Assembly (NCBI GenBank): GCA_051313645.2
Contig: JBNRSN020000019.1
Location: forward strand, 48,360,001 to 48,424,000
Direction: 5' to 3'
DNA: 64,000 bases
From: Centroscyllium fabricii
Lineage: Eukaryota
Positions 50,329 through 61,434 of the stretch are shown one piece after another (the stretch's first letter is position 1; each line of letters opens with the position of its first letter). The notes beneath the pieces are model-generated. The model had not been told where the DNA came from, ran no database searches, and saw only the letters and a program-made list of their open reading frames with translations. The position numbers were made by a program, and so were the translations under genes.

Positions 50329-51135
50329 AAAGTTTACCGGCCACACGGATCCTTAGAAGATCTCAGCGAGGAACTCGTGTGAGAAGAGCGTGCTTCACCA
50401 AAGAGGCTGAAGGACAGCTATACCAGCTTCTGCTTAAAGATCTGCAGCCAAGATCATCTGCACACAGGTCTGCCTGTGGCTGCATAAGATACGCCCACAC
50501 AATTTCTGTACCACTGGCTAATTATAAACAGCCACAGGGGTCCTGTGTAATATCACTCGGGTCCTGTGTAATATCACTCGGGGTCCTGTTTAATATCACT
50601 CGGGGTCCTGTGTAATATCACTCGGGGTCCTGTGTAATATCACTCGGGTCCTGTGTAATATCACTCGGGTCCTGTGTAATATCACTCGGGTCCTGTGTAA
50701 TATCACTCGGGTCCTGTGTAATATCACTCGGGTCCTGTGTAATATCACTCGGGGTCCTGTTTAATATCACTCGGGGTCCTGTGTAATATCACTCGGGGTC
50801 CTGTGTAATATCACTCGGGTCCTGTGTAATATCACTCGGGTCCTGTGTAATATCACTCGGGGTCCTGTGTAATATCACTCGGGGTCCTGTGTAATATCAC
50901 TCGGGGTCCTGTTTAATATCACTCGGGGTCCTGTGTAATATCACTCGGGTCCTGTGTAATATCACTCGGGGTCCTGTGTAATATCACTCGGGGTCCTGTG
51001 TAATATCACTCGGGGTCCTGTGTAATATCACTCGGGGTCCTGTGTAATATCACTCGGGGTCCTGTGTAATATCACTCGGGGTCCTGTGTAATATCACTCC
51101 GGATGCTGTCTCCCTTTGTCACTATTGTCATTACC
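50329..51135 (+). pseudogene. Harbinger (HARBI1-like) transposase N-terminal fossil, interrupted by a minisatellite
   Basis: Reads KVYRPHGSLEDLSEE / RRACFTKEAEGQLYQLLLKDLQPRS / LPVA / NFCTTG*L*TATGVLCNIT[array]PDAVSLC. This matches the Harbinger pattern RFTKE..L...LQP...LPV..K....LNFYATGSFQ..GD.CGISQSAV..C. Confidence 0.7.
50537..51099. repeat. Homogeneous minisatellite, ~26 units of (G)GGGTCCTGTGTAATATCACTC (21/22 bp)
   Basis: Head-to-tail units differing only by GGG/GGGG and three TGTTT variants. No spacers. Confidence 0.97.
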
Positions 51136-51714
51136 CCACTTCCTCTGCTTCAAAGCAGTTCTAACTCTTTCGATGTATTACACATCCCTGGACTTTTTAT
51201 TTATTGCGATACAGGGATGCCATGGCGATTATCTAGATGTTTACTCAATAACATGCTACCTGCACTGTCCCACCAATCTCATCATCTCCTATGGCGAGAG
51301 CAAAGTGCCTCCCTAGCAGCTCCAAGGCCTACTTCTCATAGGAGGTTAGCTCTCTAATGTCCAGTAGTCCCCTTTCGGTCCTCTGCCTTCCTCGGGCATT
51401 GCAAGCAAGTTTCTCCCATAATAATATTGAGGGAATTAGGTGAAGGCCAGCATTTGAGGACTGTCTCCCAGGTGGTATCACACAGAAGCTGGAATAGATT
51501 TGTTAGTATCACCCTGTCAAAATGAAAGACGGCGTTTTAAGATTCTGAATGAAACTAATTCCTGTTAGCGGAGTTGGTGATGCATATTGTACGATACAGG
51601 GTTAGATACCCTGAACCACAGAGCATAGAGAAGGGTGACTTGTGCAACTATTAATTTTAGAGAGTGAACAGTGCCCATGCTATCCAGGAAGGGAAAGGGA
51701 TGGTGGCCGGTGTG

Positions 51715-51925
51715 ATACTTTGACTGCCTTCACCAATTTTCTGGCACTGATCTGCAGTTCTGGGGTTGCCATTGCAATCTCTCTCCACATAGCACCCAAA
51801 GCACTTTTTCAGATTTCTTTCCATGGAGCAGTTTTTCTCCCCTTTACTGCATTTAATCCAGGAGTGTCTATAGATTGGCTTCATTAACATTTTGAGCTTC
51901 TCTTCTCTGCCTCTTCCAATGCGCT
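51715..51925 (-). pseudogene. Myb/SANT-like ORF fossil of a Harbinger element
   Basis: Frameshifted minus-strand pieces NEANL.TLLD / ALGAMWREIAMA / PRTADQCQKI resemble the trihelix W.EIA...RT..QC.K.W motif. Confidence 0.5.
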
Positions 51926-53439
51926 GTTCTTTTTTACCTACTTCTCCACTCGAAGATATTCTTTAAAAGTGTCACTAAATTTCACATGAACCATCCATTA
52001 CAGCTACCTCCCAATCAAAGTCTTACAAACGGTCCTTTACTTACCTGCTGTTGCAATCGTCAGCCAATCCTGGCTGTTTAAAGGCTGCATCTGCAAGTTT
52101 CACCCTTCTCCCCTCCCAGCAGAGTGCTCCTGTGTCACATGGTCGTTGCGCTCAGACAACACCTATGAAGATGTAAATGAACTGAGCCCATGTTCTACAG
52201 CAAATGGTCCCATGGATTTTTGGGACCTTTATATTTATTTGCAAAAGATGTATTTAGTTTATATAACTTATATATGCATAATAAATATTTATACAAATAT
52301 GTAATGCTATGATGTGAATTGATTTTTAGGATTAATTTGAATTATATTCTTATCAAGGTAGGGTATATTAATTCTGAGGGATGGAACATTTTTCACTTAG
52401 CTTATGGCACCTTCAGATTGTGGTAATGCATGCCTGTGCATGTTTTCTACACTACCTGTAATAGTTCTGTGGTGCTTGCTTTACTCAACACCACACGCAG
52501 CAGCCTGGGCAGTGACTAAACCCTTCCAGGGAGGGAATTATTTGGAGAAAAGTAACTGATCAGCAGCAATCACTGAACCAGATTATGTGATATTGGTTTA
52601 CCACACAAGTAGGACTGGACCGCTGTGTAGAATGAAAGAGTGACTCAGATATCAGTGGTGTCTGGCATTCTCCACATCCAGTGAGCCTCTCTTTACTCTG
52701 TTCCAACCCCAGCCTCAGAAAATTAGCTCGAATGCACCAGTATGACTTTTCCAATTCCCACAACAGCCTTCCTTGAGGCCCCTGACTTCCAATTAAATTC
52801 CAATTTGTGTCTAATCACAGGTAGTTTTGTGCTGTAGGCCCACATACACTACCAACTAAGTTTTGATTGCCCCATGCTCTTTTCATTTTGGACTTTTACA
52901 TCCAGCAGAGAGAAACAAGTCAGTCTGGGGTGGATCTAAACTCAGGCACCAGAGGTGACGGGAAAGGATTCAAACAGTGTTCTGAAACATTTTTGCTATA
53001 TGCAAATGTATCCCTTTATTCCTTGCTTAAATACTGCACGTGCATGCTAGATATTGTTTAGGTTTATAAATAAATGATAGCAAAGGTTTAGGTTTAAAAT
53101 CAGGTATACCAATACAGTGTAAGTTACACCTCTGCTTTGCACCGTGTTTAAAGCCCACATTAATTATGGACACGTTTCGTATTGTGCCTGATTGCTGCAA
53201 GTAGATTCGACTGTGATGGAATTACAGTAAATAACCCAAAACTTAATTGTTAGTGTAAACTTTCTCTTTGTTAACTTGTTTGTACACATACACATTGGTT
53301 TTTCTTTAGTGCAGTTTCTTCAAATAGCAAATCAGTGGTCCATTGAACTCTGCTTGTATTTTTTTTAAACAAACTGTGACTGATTGCATGGACATTCTCT
53401 GCATTTTGTTTCTCAAAATTGTCATAATGCTGAATGGAG

Positions 53440-53616
53440 GTTCAGCGTTGTGACAATGGGGCGGGGGGAAGCAGGGTAACTCCTTTTGCTCTTTTGAAAA
53501 AGTGCCATGGGATTTTTTTACTTGCACCTGAACAGGCAGACACTCACTGCCTCAATTTAACATCTCATCCAAAAGACTGCACCTCTGATAATGCAGCAGT
53601 CCCTCATTTCTGCACT
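53440..53616 (-). mobile_element. Deu-type SINE core fragment
   Basis: AGTGCCATGGGAT...CATCTCATCCAAAAGACTGCACCTC core in reverse. Confidence 0.7.
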
Positions 53617-54336
53617 AACAAAAATTGTTGGCAGGTGAACTTTTGTAGGTCTGAATATTTTTGGGAAATTTTGCTATAATAGGCCTTTGGAAAATGAACA
53701 TCTGTAGGTCATTCCCTCAGTGTGGTTGGTTGTGTAGAGTTGGTTAAATATTGAGCACTCAATTAGTGCAGTGGTCCCACAAATTAAGAACATAAGAAAT
53801 AGGAGCAGGTGTAGGCCACACAGCCCCTCAAGCCTGCTCTGCCATTCAACAAGATCATTGGTTAATCTTCAACCTCAATTCCACTTTGCAGCCCGATCCC
53901 TGTATCCCTTGATTCCATTAGAGTCCAAAAATCTATCGATCTCAACCTTGAATATACAGCTGAGTATCCACAGCCCTCTGGGGTAGAGAATTCCAAAGAT
54001 TCACAACCCTCTGACTGAAGAAATTTCTCCTCATCTCAGTCTTAAATGGCCGACCCCTCATCCTGAGACTGTGACCCCCTAGTTCTAGGGACTCTAACCA
54101 GGGAAAACAACCTCAGCATCTATCCTGTCCAGCCTTCTCAGAATCTTAGGTTTCAATGAGATCACCTCTCAGTCTTCTAAACCCCAGAGAGTATAGGCCT
54201 AGTCTACACAACCTCTCCCCATAGGACAACCCTCTCACCTCAGGAATCAATCTAGTGAACCTTGGTTGCACCGCCTCTAAGGTAAGTATATCCTTCCTTA
54301 GATAAGGAGACTAAAACTGTGCACAGTATTCCAGGT

Positions 54337-54452
54337 CAACGTTCCCTTTAATTTACTTTTGGGTGCGCATGCACAGTTTTTCCCATTTTACTGAGTTGGC
54401 TGCGTGGGAGCTCCAGAGCCCTGCGCGGCCCCGCAGGTTAAAGGGAATATTG
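54337..54452. mobile_element. hAT-type MITE inside the CR1
   Basis: TIRs CAACGTTCCCTTTAA / TTAAAGGGAATATTG. 8-bp TSD TTCCAGGT/CTCCAGGT. Confidence 0.85.
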
Positions 54453-55009
54453 CTCCAGGTGTGGTCTCACCAAAGCCCTGTACAATTGCAGCAAGACTTC
54501 CTTCCTCTTATGCTCCAGCCCCCTTGCAGTAAAGGCCAAAATTTGCCTTCCTAATTACTTGCTGTACCTGCCTGTTAACTTTCTGTGTTTCGTGTACAAG
54601 GACACCCAAATCCCTTTGAACACCAGCATTTAATAGTTTCTCACCATTTAAAAAATATCATGTTTTTCCTACCAAAGTGAATAACCTCACATTTCACCAC
54701 ATTCTACTCCATCTGCCACCTTATTGCCCACTCACTTAACCTGTCTATATCCCTTTGCAGGCTCTTTCTGTCCGCCTCAGAGCTTACGTTCCCACCCAGC
54801 TTTGTATTGTCCGCAAACGTGGATACATTATACTTGGTCCCTTCATCTAGGCCACTCATATAGATTGTAAATAGTTGAGGCCCAAGCACTGATCCTCGCA
54901 GTCCCCCACTAGTTATAGCCTGCCAACCTAAAAATGACCGGTTTATTCCTACTCTCTGTTTTCTGTCCTTCAACCAATCCTCTATCCATGCTAATATATT
55001 CCCCCCAAT

Positions 55010-55190
55010 CAGTGTTCCATGTAAGCTGTGTTCCATGTGGTCACGCAGCAATCTGTGAAGGTACTGCACAGGCCGTTCACGAGCTGTCCCATTGAAGATA
55101 TTGCACATGCACGGCCGCTGCAAATTTAAAGTTACCGTGTATTTAAATAAACAGGCTGCGCACCCACGGTAATACTTAGAGGGAGCATTG
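55010..55190. mobile_element. hAT-type MITE inside the CR1
   Basis: TIRs CAGTGTTCCATGTAAG / CTTAGAGGGAGCATTG. 8-bp TSD CCCCCAAT/CCCCCAAC. Confidence 0.8.
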
Positions 55191-56489
55191 CCCCCAACCC
55201 CATGACCCCTTATCTGATGTAACAAATTAGTATGTGAGTACTGCATTCTGAACTGTCCTGATCTGCAAATTGTAATGCATGCCTGTGCTTGTTTTCTGCC
55301 CTACCTGTAATGGCTCTGTAGTGCTTGTTTACTCAACATCACTAAAATCATCCTGGGTGATGATTAAGACCCCTTCAGGGAGAGAGTTATTTGGACAACA
55401 GCAATCACCCAACAAGGTTATTCATCAGACAGGTAGGATTGAACCTCTGTAGAATGAAGGCATGATGAAGAGTCCAGTGCGGTCTGCCATTTCGCACACA
55501 CACCGTTCCCACTTTCCTTTCTTCATCCTTTGCTATGCATTTCTAAATTAGAGCAATTTTGAGAATTATTCGAGTGTTCAGTTATGCCAGTATCCAGTGA
55601 CATGAAAAAGCATTGCCATTATAATACTTATTTAGAAGTGTTCACACTACCAATAGCAGCTTATGTGGAGAGTGGGTGTCAATAGTTCCGTGAAGAACTG
55701 CTAGAACAATGTAGAACAATGATGTAGACAACTGAAAGTATGTAAGTCACTTGATGACCCAGCTCTGGAAGTGGTGTCAGCATCTGATGAAATCTTGTAC
55801 AATTTAGCATAGCCTTTTCATGAAAGTTTGTACTTAATATTAGCTCTTCATTTGGTGTACGAGTATTTGAAGGACTACTTTTGTAAATTGAAGCCCCTCC
55901 CTCATCCAGTGTTGTACAATTCTCCTCCTCCAGACAGAGGTTCCTTGCTGTGGAGGGTCCACCCGCAATGCCATTGTTTCTATGGCTACATATTTGGTGG
56001 TCTCTTTAGTGATATACACAAGGTAAAGCCAACAGGTATTTATGAATTTGGCAGACTTTTTAACTTGAAAGAACTTAGCTGTAACACCAATGACTCTTTC
56101 TGTACATACATGTACCCTTTCATACTTGAAACATAAGTATTGTTAACATGACCTTCTAAATGTATATGGGTCTTGACTCAGACACAGATTGGAGCCCATG
56201 AAAAGACTGCGTTGATCTAGCCAAGTATCTTTTCTCTGTCTTTTGTTAAGGTTTGGAGATGCATGATTATTTGTTGGTTGATCCTACTGACTCTCGTGGT
56301 TTAGCTATGCAACCTGATGGCTGTATTGAGCCAGCATATGGACGTGGTGTTCACTGCCAACTCTTTAGTTATTTGTACCAATCAGTTGACTGGAACCTGT
56401 TCCATCAGACCCGAGATTGATTACATCCTAGTCTAAGAGAATGGATCCTGCCAGGGTGGGGAGGGGATGAATTCTCTGAATCCTAGAAG

Positions 56490-57060
56490 ATTGATGAGGA
56501 AAGTGAAGCACCCTTTTCTTATCCCATTTGCTGGGGATTCTTTCTCTTGGAATGCCATCTTCTAGTAGCATGACCCCTCATGGCTAGCTAAGTGATTTTC
56601 TTTGATGCTTCATCTGAGGTCTTTCCTGTGGGTCTTTCCAGTCTTAACACTGCCAATTGTGGTCATAGTATCTCTATGATAACCTTAAGACAGCCATCAT
56701 CAGAAAAGTTAATTTTCATATTTGATCAAATCTTTGGCTGTCTCTTCTTTCTCTCCAGTTTCTTTCTTGCCAATTTGTTTAAAATCTTTACATGTACTGC
56801 AGCCCACACCTTTAAGCATGTACAGTGCAATTTCTACTGATTACTAAATCCAGTCTTTTCAGCAAAAGCTGCAGTTGCAGCATAGTTTCTAAAACACAGC
56901 TCACAGTTGCAGATAATTTGTGGAAAATTGATAATTTTTTTGTGATTCAGAGATGCTTCGTAAATGACTAATGTGGAGGCGAGTGGTATGTCGTCTTCTA
57001 AGTAAAACTTACTTGGGTTCTTGATGGCCTGAAAATGTTGCATTTCTTTAAAGCTTTTTC
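56490..57060 (-). pseudogene. Highly decayed LINE ORF2 remnant (region upstream of RT)
   Basis: Pieces QHFQAIKNP / TIGSVKTGKTHRKD / ERIPSKW occur in the order expected for W..HF..LLN / I..LK.GKAPG.D / IP..W. Confidence 0.35.
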
Positions 57061-57419
57061 ATTTGTTTTTCCATTCATGCTGATCTGTGATTGATCTACA
57101 TAAGGTGCACTTGTAAAGATTCAGTTTGGATCTGTCAGCATTTTCAGTTGTAGTTGCTAGACGTAGTATTCAATTAAATGCTGCTTCCTGGCAACCATCA
57201 GCTGCCAGACCTTTTTTATGGCCAGGGTAGGCAACTGACCATTTGCCACCAGAGTAGCCCCTGCTCCTAGATAGTACATCTGCATACAAGGATGGGGTCA
57301 GTTTGGGCGGATGTGGTTGCTTGATGTCATTAACAAATCTCTGAATAATGCAAAATTCTTAGGATGCTACTGTACTACACTTCTCCAGAGATTTGGAATA
57401 TTGTGCATGTTCTCCTTAA

Positions 57420-58021
57420 GGCCCTGTCACACCTAGACGATTCTGCCAGCGTATGCAAATTAGGCTAAAACGCTGAACTTTTGACACTTTTTCAGTTTTG
57501 GGCTTATAATAGCGTATTCATAACGTATGCATAACGTATTAGTAACGTACACAGAACGTATCGATAACTTATACCAACGAATGCTTAGCGTGTTGTAGGC
57601 GTTCACAACTTATGCCCAACGATAGTCTAACGATAGTCTAACGATAGTCTAACGATAGTCTAACGTATGCAGCGTATCGCCGACGTTTTAGAAAAATTTG
57701 GATAAATTGAAAAACGCTAGCTTAAATCGTCAAGGTGTGACAGGGCATGACAGGGGCAAGGTAATGTGTGTAAAACGTTCGCCTAACGTGCTTGCAACGT
57801 ATGGCCAGCGTATGGGGAACGTATAAATTGTAACATTTATACGTCGTGATTTTTTGTGCATGCACAAAAAATCACGACTTATTCTACGTATAACGACGTA
57901 TACAACGTATGTCCAGCGTACTCTTAACGTATGCATAACGTACCCATAACGTATCCGACGTAAACCAGCGTTTTAGCCAAATTTACATACGCAGGCTAAA
58001 TCGTCTAGGTGTGACAGGGCC
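57420..58021. mobile_element. Non-autonomous DNA transposon with long TIRs, flanked by TTAA
   Basis: Perfect 23-bp TIRs GGCCCTGTCACACCTAGACGATT / AATCGTCTAGGTGTGACAGGGCC, extending imperfectly to ~55 bp. TTAA at 57416-19 and 58022-25. Confidence 0.9.
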
Positions 58022-58320
58022 TTAAGGAACACGGCAAACATACAGTGTGCAGTTATTGGGATTCCTTACTGTACCAGTTTCTATAGCATTGTGGGTGGAT
58101 GAGCTCTCACGTATCCAGCCTAACTTCTTCAGCAGGTCAGGTAACTGAATCAAAAGGTGTATTTTATTTGTGAAAGAAGAGCTGCTTGGTTCAGTTTACT
58201 TATTGCTGACTGTTGAGGTCAAATGTTTAGTTCATTTAAGATCAGTTTATGATGAAGATTGCCTCCGATCCAAATAAGGCATCTTAATCAATACATTTAA
58301 TTACTAAATTCATTTCTATG

Positions 58321-58620
58321 TGGGGGACTAAGTGGTGCACTGGATTAGCACGTGTGCTTTTACCTTCTGGACCTCAGTTCACCAACCCAGACTGATGAGT
58401 TGAAATCCATTTTATGTGGAATAAATTTGCGCCATTCTCAACTCAGTTACTAGAGGCAATGGGCAGACAAACAATAATAAAAATATATATATAGTCAAAA
58501 ATTGTCAAACTTACTCAGAGAGAACATAAGGATTGCTGGTGTGGGAAGTGAGGGTACTTGGGTAGCAGGGGGTACTATTCTAAGAATGGTGATATAGCAT
58601 GTTGTTGGGCTAGAATAAAA
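58321..58620 (+). mobile_element. Old tRNA-derived SINE (LF-SINE-like); a related head fragment lies at 52895-52965 on the minus strand
   Basis: Head GGGGACTAAGTGGTGCACTGGATTAGCAC...ACCTTCTGGACC...CCCAGACTGA followed by TATGTGGAATAAAT..TCTCAACTCAGTTACTAG. Similarity is from memory of the family. Confidence 0.4.
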
Positions 58621-58777
58621 ATTTATGCATGGTTACTGTTAGCATTTACATGTGACCTCTGAACTGAGGTTGCAGTTCCTTTTATTTGCACTGAGAAAGC
58701 TGTTTGAACTGGAAATTTATCAGATATAAACAGGTGGCCACTCATACCAGTGACTGTTTACACAAGTCTCACTCTCA

Positions 58778-60530
58778 GGGCTGGATTTTACCAACCTCGG
58801 CGGGTGCCGACCCCGCAGCTGTCTAGATCCTGGGCTCCAACATGATTTTACGTTAATAGGACTTGTTAAGCCCATCCTGCGAGTTTCCCGGCCAATTAAA
58901 AGGAAGCAGGTCTGATGACGTCATTTGATGATGCGTCATCAGCTGGTTTCCTCAAAGGGGCCATGTCCACATTCATTTTGACAGTTGTGCTGTCAGTGTT
59001 CTACAGCATTGGGGTGCTGCAAACACTGACAATCACTGCACAAAGGTGCAGGGATGCACCTAGACTCTCCCATGACTCCCTCCATATAGTTATGGAGGGA
59101 GTCACAGCATGCAGGGAGGTTCTCTTCCCTTCCCATGGGCGGAAGAGACCTCCCAAGGAGACCAACGCAGCCTGGTTGCACATTGCACAGGAGGACACAA
59201 GCAGGGATGTCGTCAGGAGGACCAGGCTGCAGTGGTGCAAACCTTTCAGTGATCTCAGTAGATCACAAAACAGTACTGCCAAGCCACATTCCACCTCATC
59301 CTGCTGTGCCACTCATCACATCCCCATCACTCTGCCTTCCCTACCCTACCCTACTCCTGCACATCTTTACTCACACCAGCTTACCTTGCACCTCCATCCA
59401 CCCCTCTCTATCTACATTATAACGTCCCCATCTCACATGTCACCCCTCACACTCACCCTCATCTTTTTCCAATCATACCAACTAACAACACACAAGGGTA
59501 GCCACTTGGGTGTTTTATGCAATGTTCATGTGAAGTCTCTGTTAATGTGTTATCAAACATTGAAATCTTTATTTACATCACTTTGCCTTCTTGGACAGAT
59601 CTGTGCTCACCTTTGGAAATGTCTGTGAGTTCCAGTGAATGGTGAGACATAACACCCCCCCCCCAAAGGTGATGAGTGTAAAAGGAATGCCTTGGACATT
59701 GTGGGGATGCTTTATGGTGTTGGTGTGGGGTGGTGCCAAACTGGCGCAATATGTGGCAGCCATGGTGTACAGGGTCAAGTGAAGTAAATTTGGCCATGGT
59801 GAGGCAATCCCTGGCCACCCGGGCAGCAATGCGCTCAGGTGCTGATGCCCTGTGTCCTGTGCAGCATTAAATGATTGCGGAGAAGGTCGGTGTTGTTGTT
59901 GGTGCTGCTGGTGTGCCTAGTGATGATGGTGTTGGGGCTGATAGTGGTGCAATTCTGAGGACCAAGGTGAGATTTGTTCAAGGGCACCAATGTTGCTGGA
60001 ATAGATGGCAGCTGAAGTTGAGATGACAGAAGCGATTTGTCAATGGTGAGAGAGCTTACTCCAAGGAAGTGACACTGGATAGAGAATTTACTCCAAACAC
60101 TTCCAAACTGAATACAGCTCAAAAGTGTCTTCCAAGTCCTGAAGGCTCAAGCTTCTGACATTGGAAAGTGAACAGCTGTGAAATGGTAGCTTTTATACCA
60201 CCTTTGTAGCTGTCACCTATTCACAGCAATGGAGAGTCATAGAGAACCTGACACACTTACCTGACGTGATCCCAGAGCAACTAGAACGTCATGAAAAAAG
60301 CTGGAAAAATGACTAGTAGGTAGTAAAATGCTGTTCAACTACCTTTAAAGACCCTCTTAACTATTTCAGTTGGTTTACCCACTGCTGGCAAAGCACAGGC
60401 AGGCCTGGCACATGGCAAACTTACACGGAGGCGGGTTCAGAACGGGATCCCAACCTGCTGTGAATCTTTTAGATTTTCACAGCGGACCTGCCTCTGAACC
60501 CGCCCTCTGAGTGCCGGCAAAATTCCGGCA
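58778..60530 (+). mobile_element. Harbinger-type element with a Myb/SANT-like ORF remnant
   Basis: Imperfect TIRs GGGCTGGATTTTACC / GGCAAAATTCCGGC, with TCA next to both ends. ORF 58915-59628 contains APRLSHDSLHIVMEGVTACREVLFPSHGRKRPPKETNAAWLHIAQE...RRTRLQWCKPFSDL. Confidence 0.75.
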
Positions 60531-61434
60531 TCAGTGTGTAAATATAGCCACAGAAAAACAACTGGTGTCGATAGTGTTACAAAGATACTTAAAGTGTACA
60601 CCATGTTCTCAAACTAACATGGTTATCACTTTCACACACCTTTGTTAATTGACTTCTAATAGTAACAGCCATGTTTAATGTGGTTACCTCCGGTGATCGC
60701 TGCTGCTGCTACTATTCTGTTCTTTACAGGTGTCATTAATAGTCAACCTATGGCAACAAAATCAAAAGAGATGAACTAATGCGACCAGGTTGAACTGGTC
60801 TGTTCTCAACTCAATGAACTTCTGTGCAATATTGGACTGTGCCTCATCTGTTCCACTCAATTGTAGCACCATTTCTGACATAGAATCATAGAACGGTTAC
60901 AGCACAGAAGGAGATTACTCGGCCCGTCGAGCCCGTGCCGGCTCTGCAAGAGCACTTCAGCTACTCCCACTCCCCCACCCTTTCCCTGTAGCCCTGCAAT
61001 TTTTTTCCTTCAGTTACTTATCCAACTCCCTTTTGAAACCACAATTGAATCTGCCTCCACCACTCTTTCAAGCAGTGCATTCCAGATCCTAACCACTCGC
61101 TGTGTAAAAAAGTTTTTCCTCATGTCGCCTTTGTTTCTTTTGCCAATCACTTTAAATCTGTGTCCTCTGGTTCTCGATCCCTCTGCCAATTGGAACAGTT
61201 TCTCTCTATCTCCTCTGTTTAGACCCCTCATGATTTTGAACACCTCTATCAAATATCCTCTCAATCTTCTCTGCTTTAAGGAGAACAACCCCAGCTTCTC
61301 TAGTCTATCCACCTAACTCATCCCTGGAATCATTCTCGTAAATCTTTTCTGCACCCGCTCTACGGCTTTCACATCCTTTCTAAAGTCCGGTGCCCAGAAT
61401 TGGACACAATCCTCCAGTTGAGGCTGAACTAGTG

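Larger units (their letters stand above)
53787..55225 (-). mobile_element. CR1/HER1-type LINE 3' portion (decayed) carrying two hAT MITE insertions
   Basis: AAGAACATAAGAAATAGGAGCAGG tail. Minus strand reads WIEDWLKDRKQRVGI...GSVLGPQLFTIY...FADNTKLGG...LQRDIDRLSEWA. Confidence 0.9.

Noticed and set aside
50537-51099. CRISPR-like array
   Set aside because: Units are head-to-tail with no unique spacers, there are no cas genes, and the context is eukaryotic.
54704-55246. 180-aa ORF as a novel fusion protein
   Set aside because: Chance read-through from a hAT MITE into a decayed CR1 RT fragment.
58915-59628. Domesticated Myb/SANT gene
   Set aside because: It lies inside a TIR-bounded element, conserved residues are degraded, and the rest of the ORF is low-complexity.
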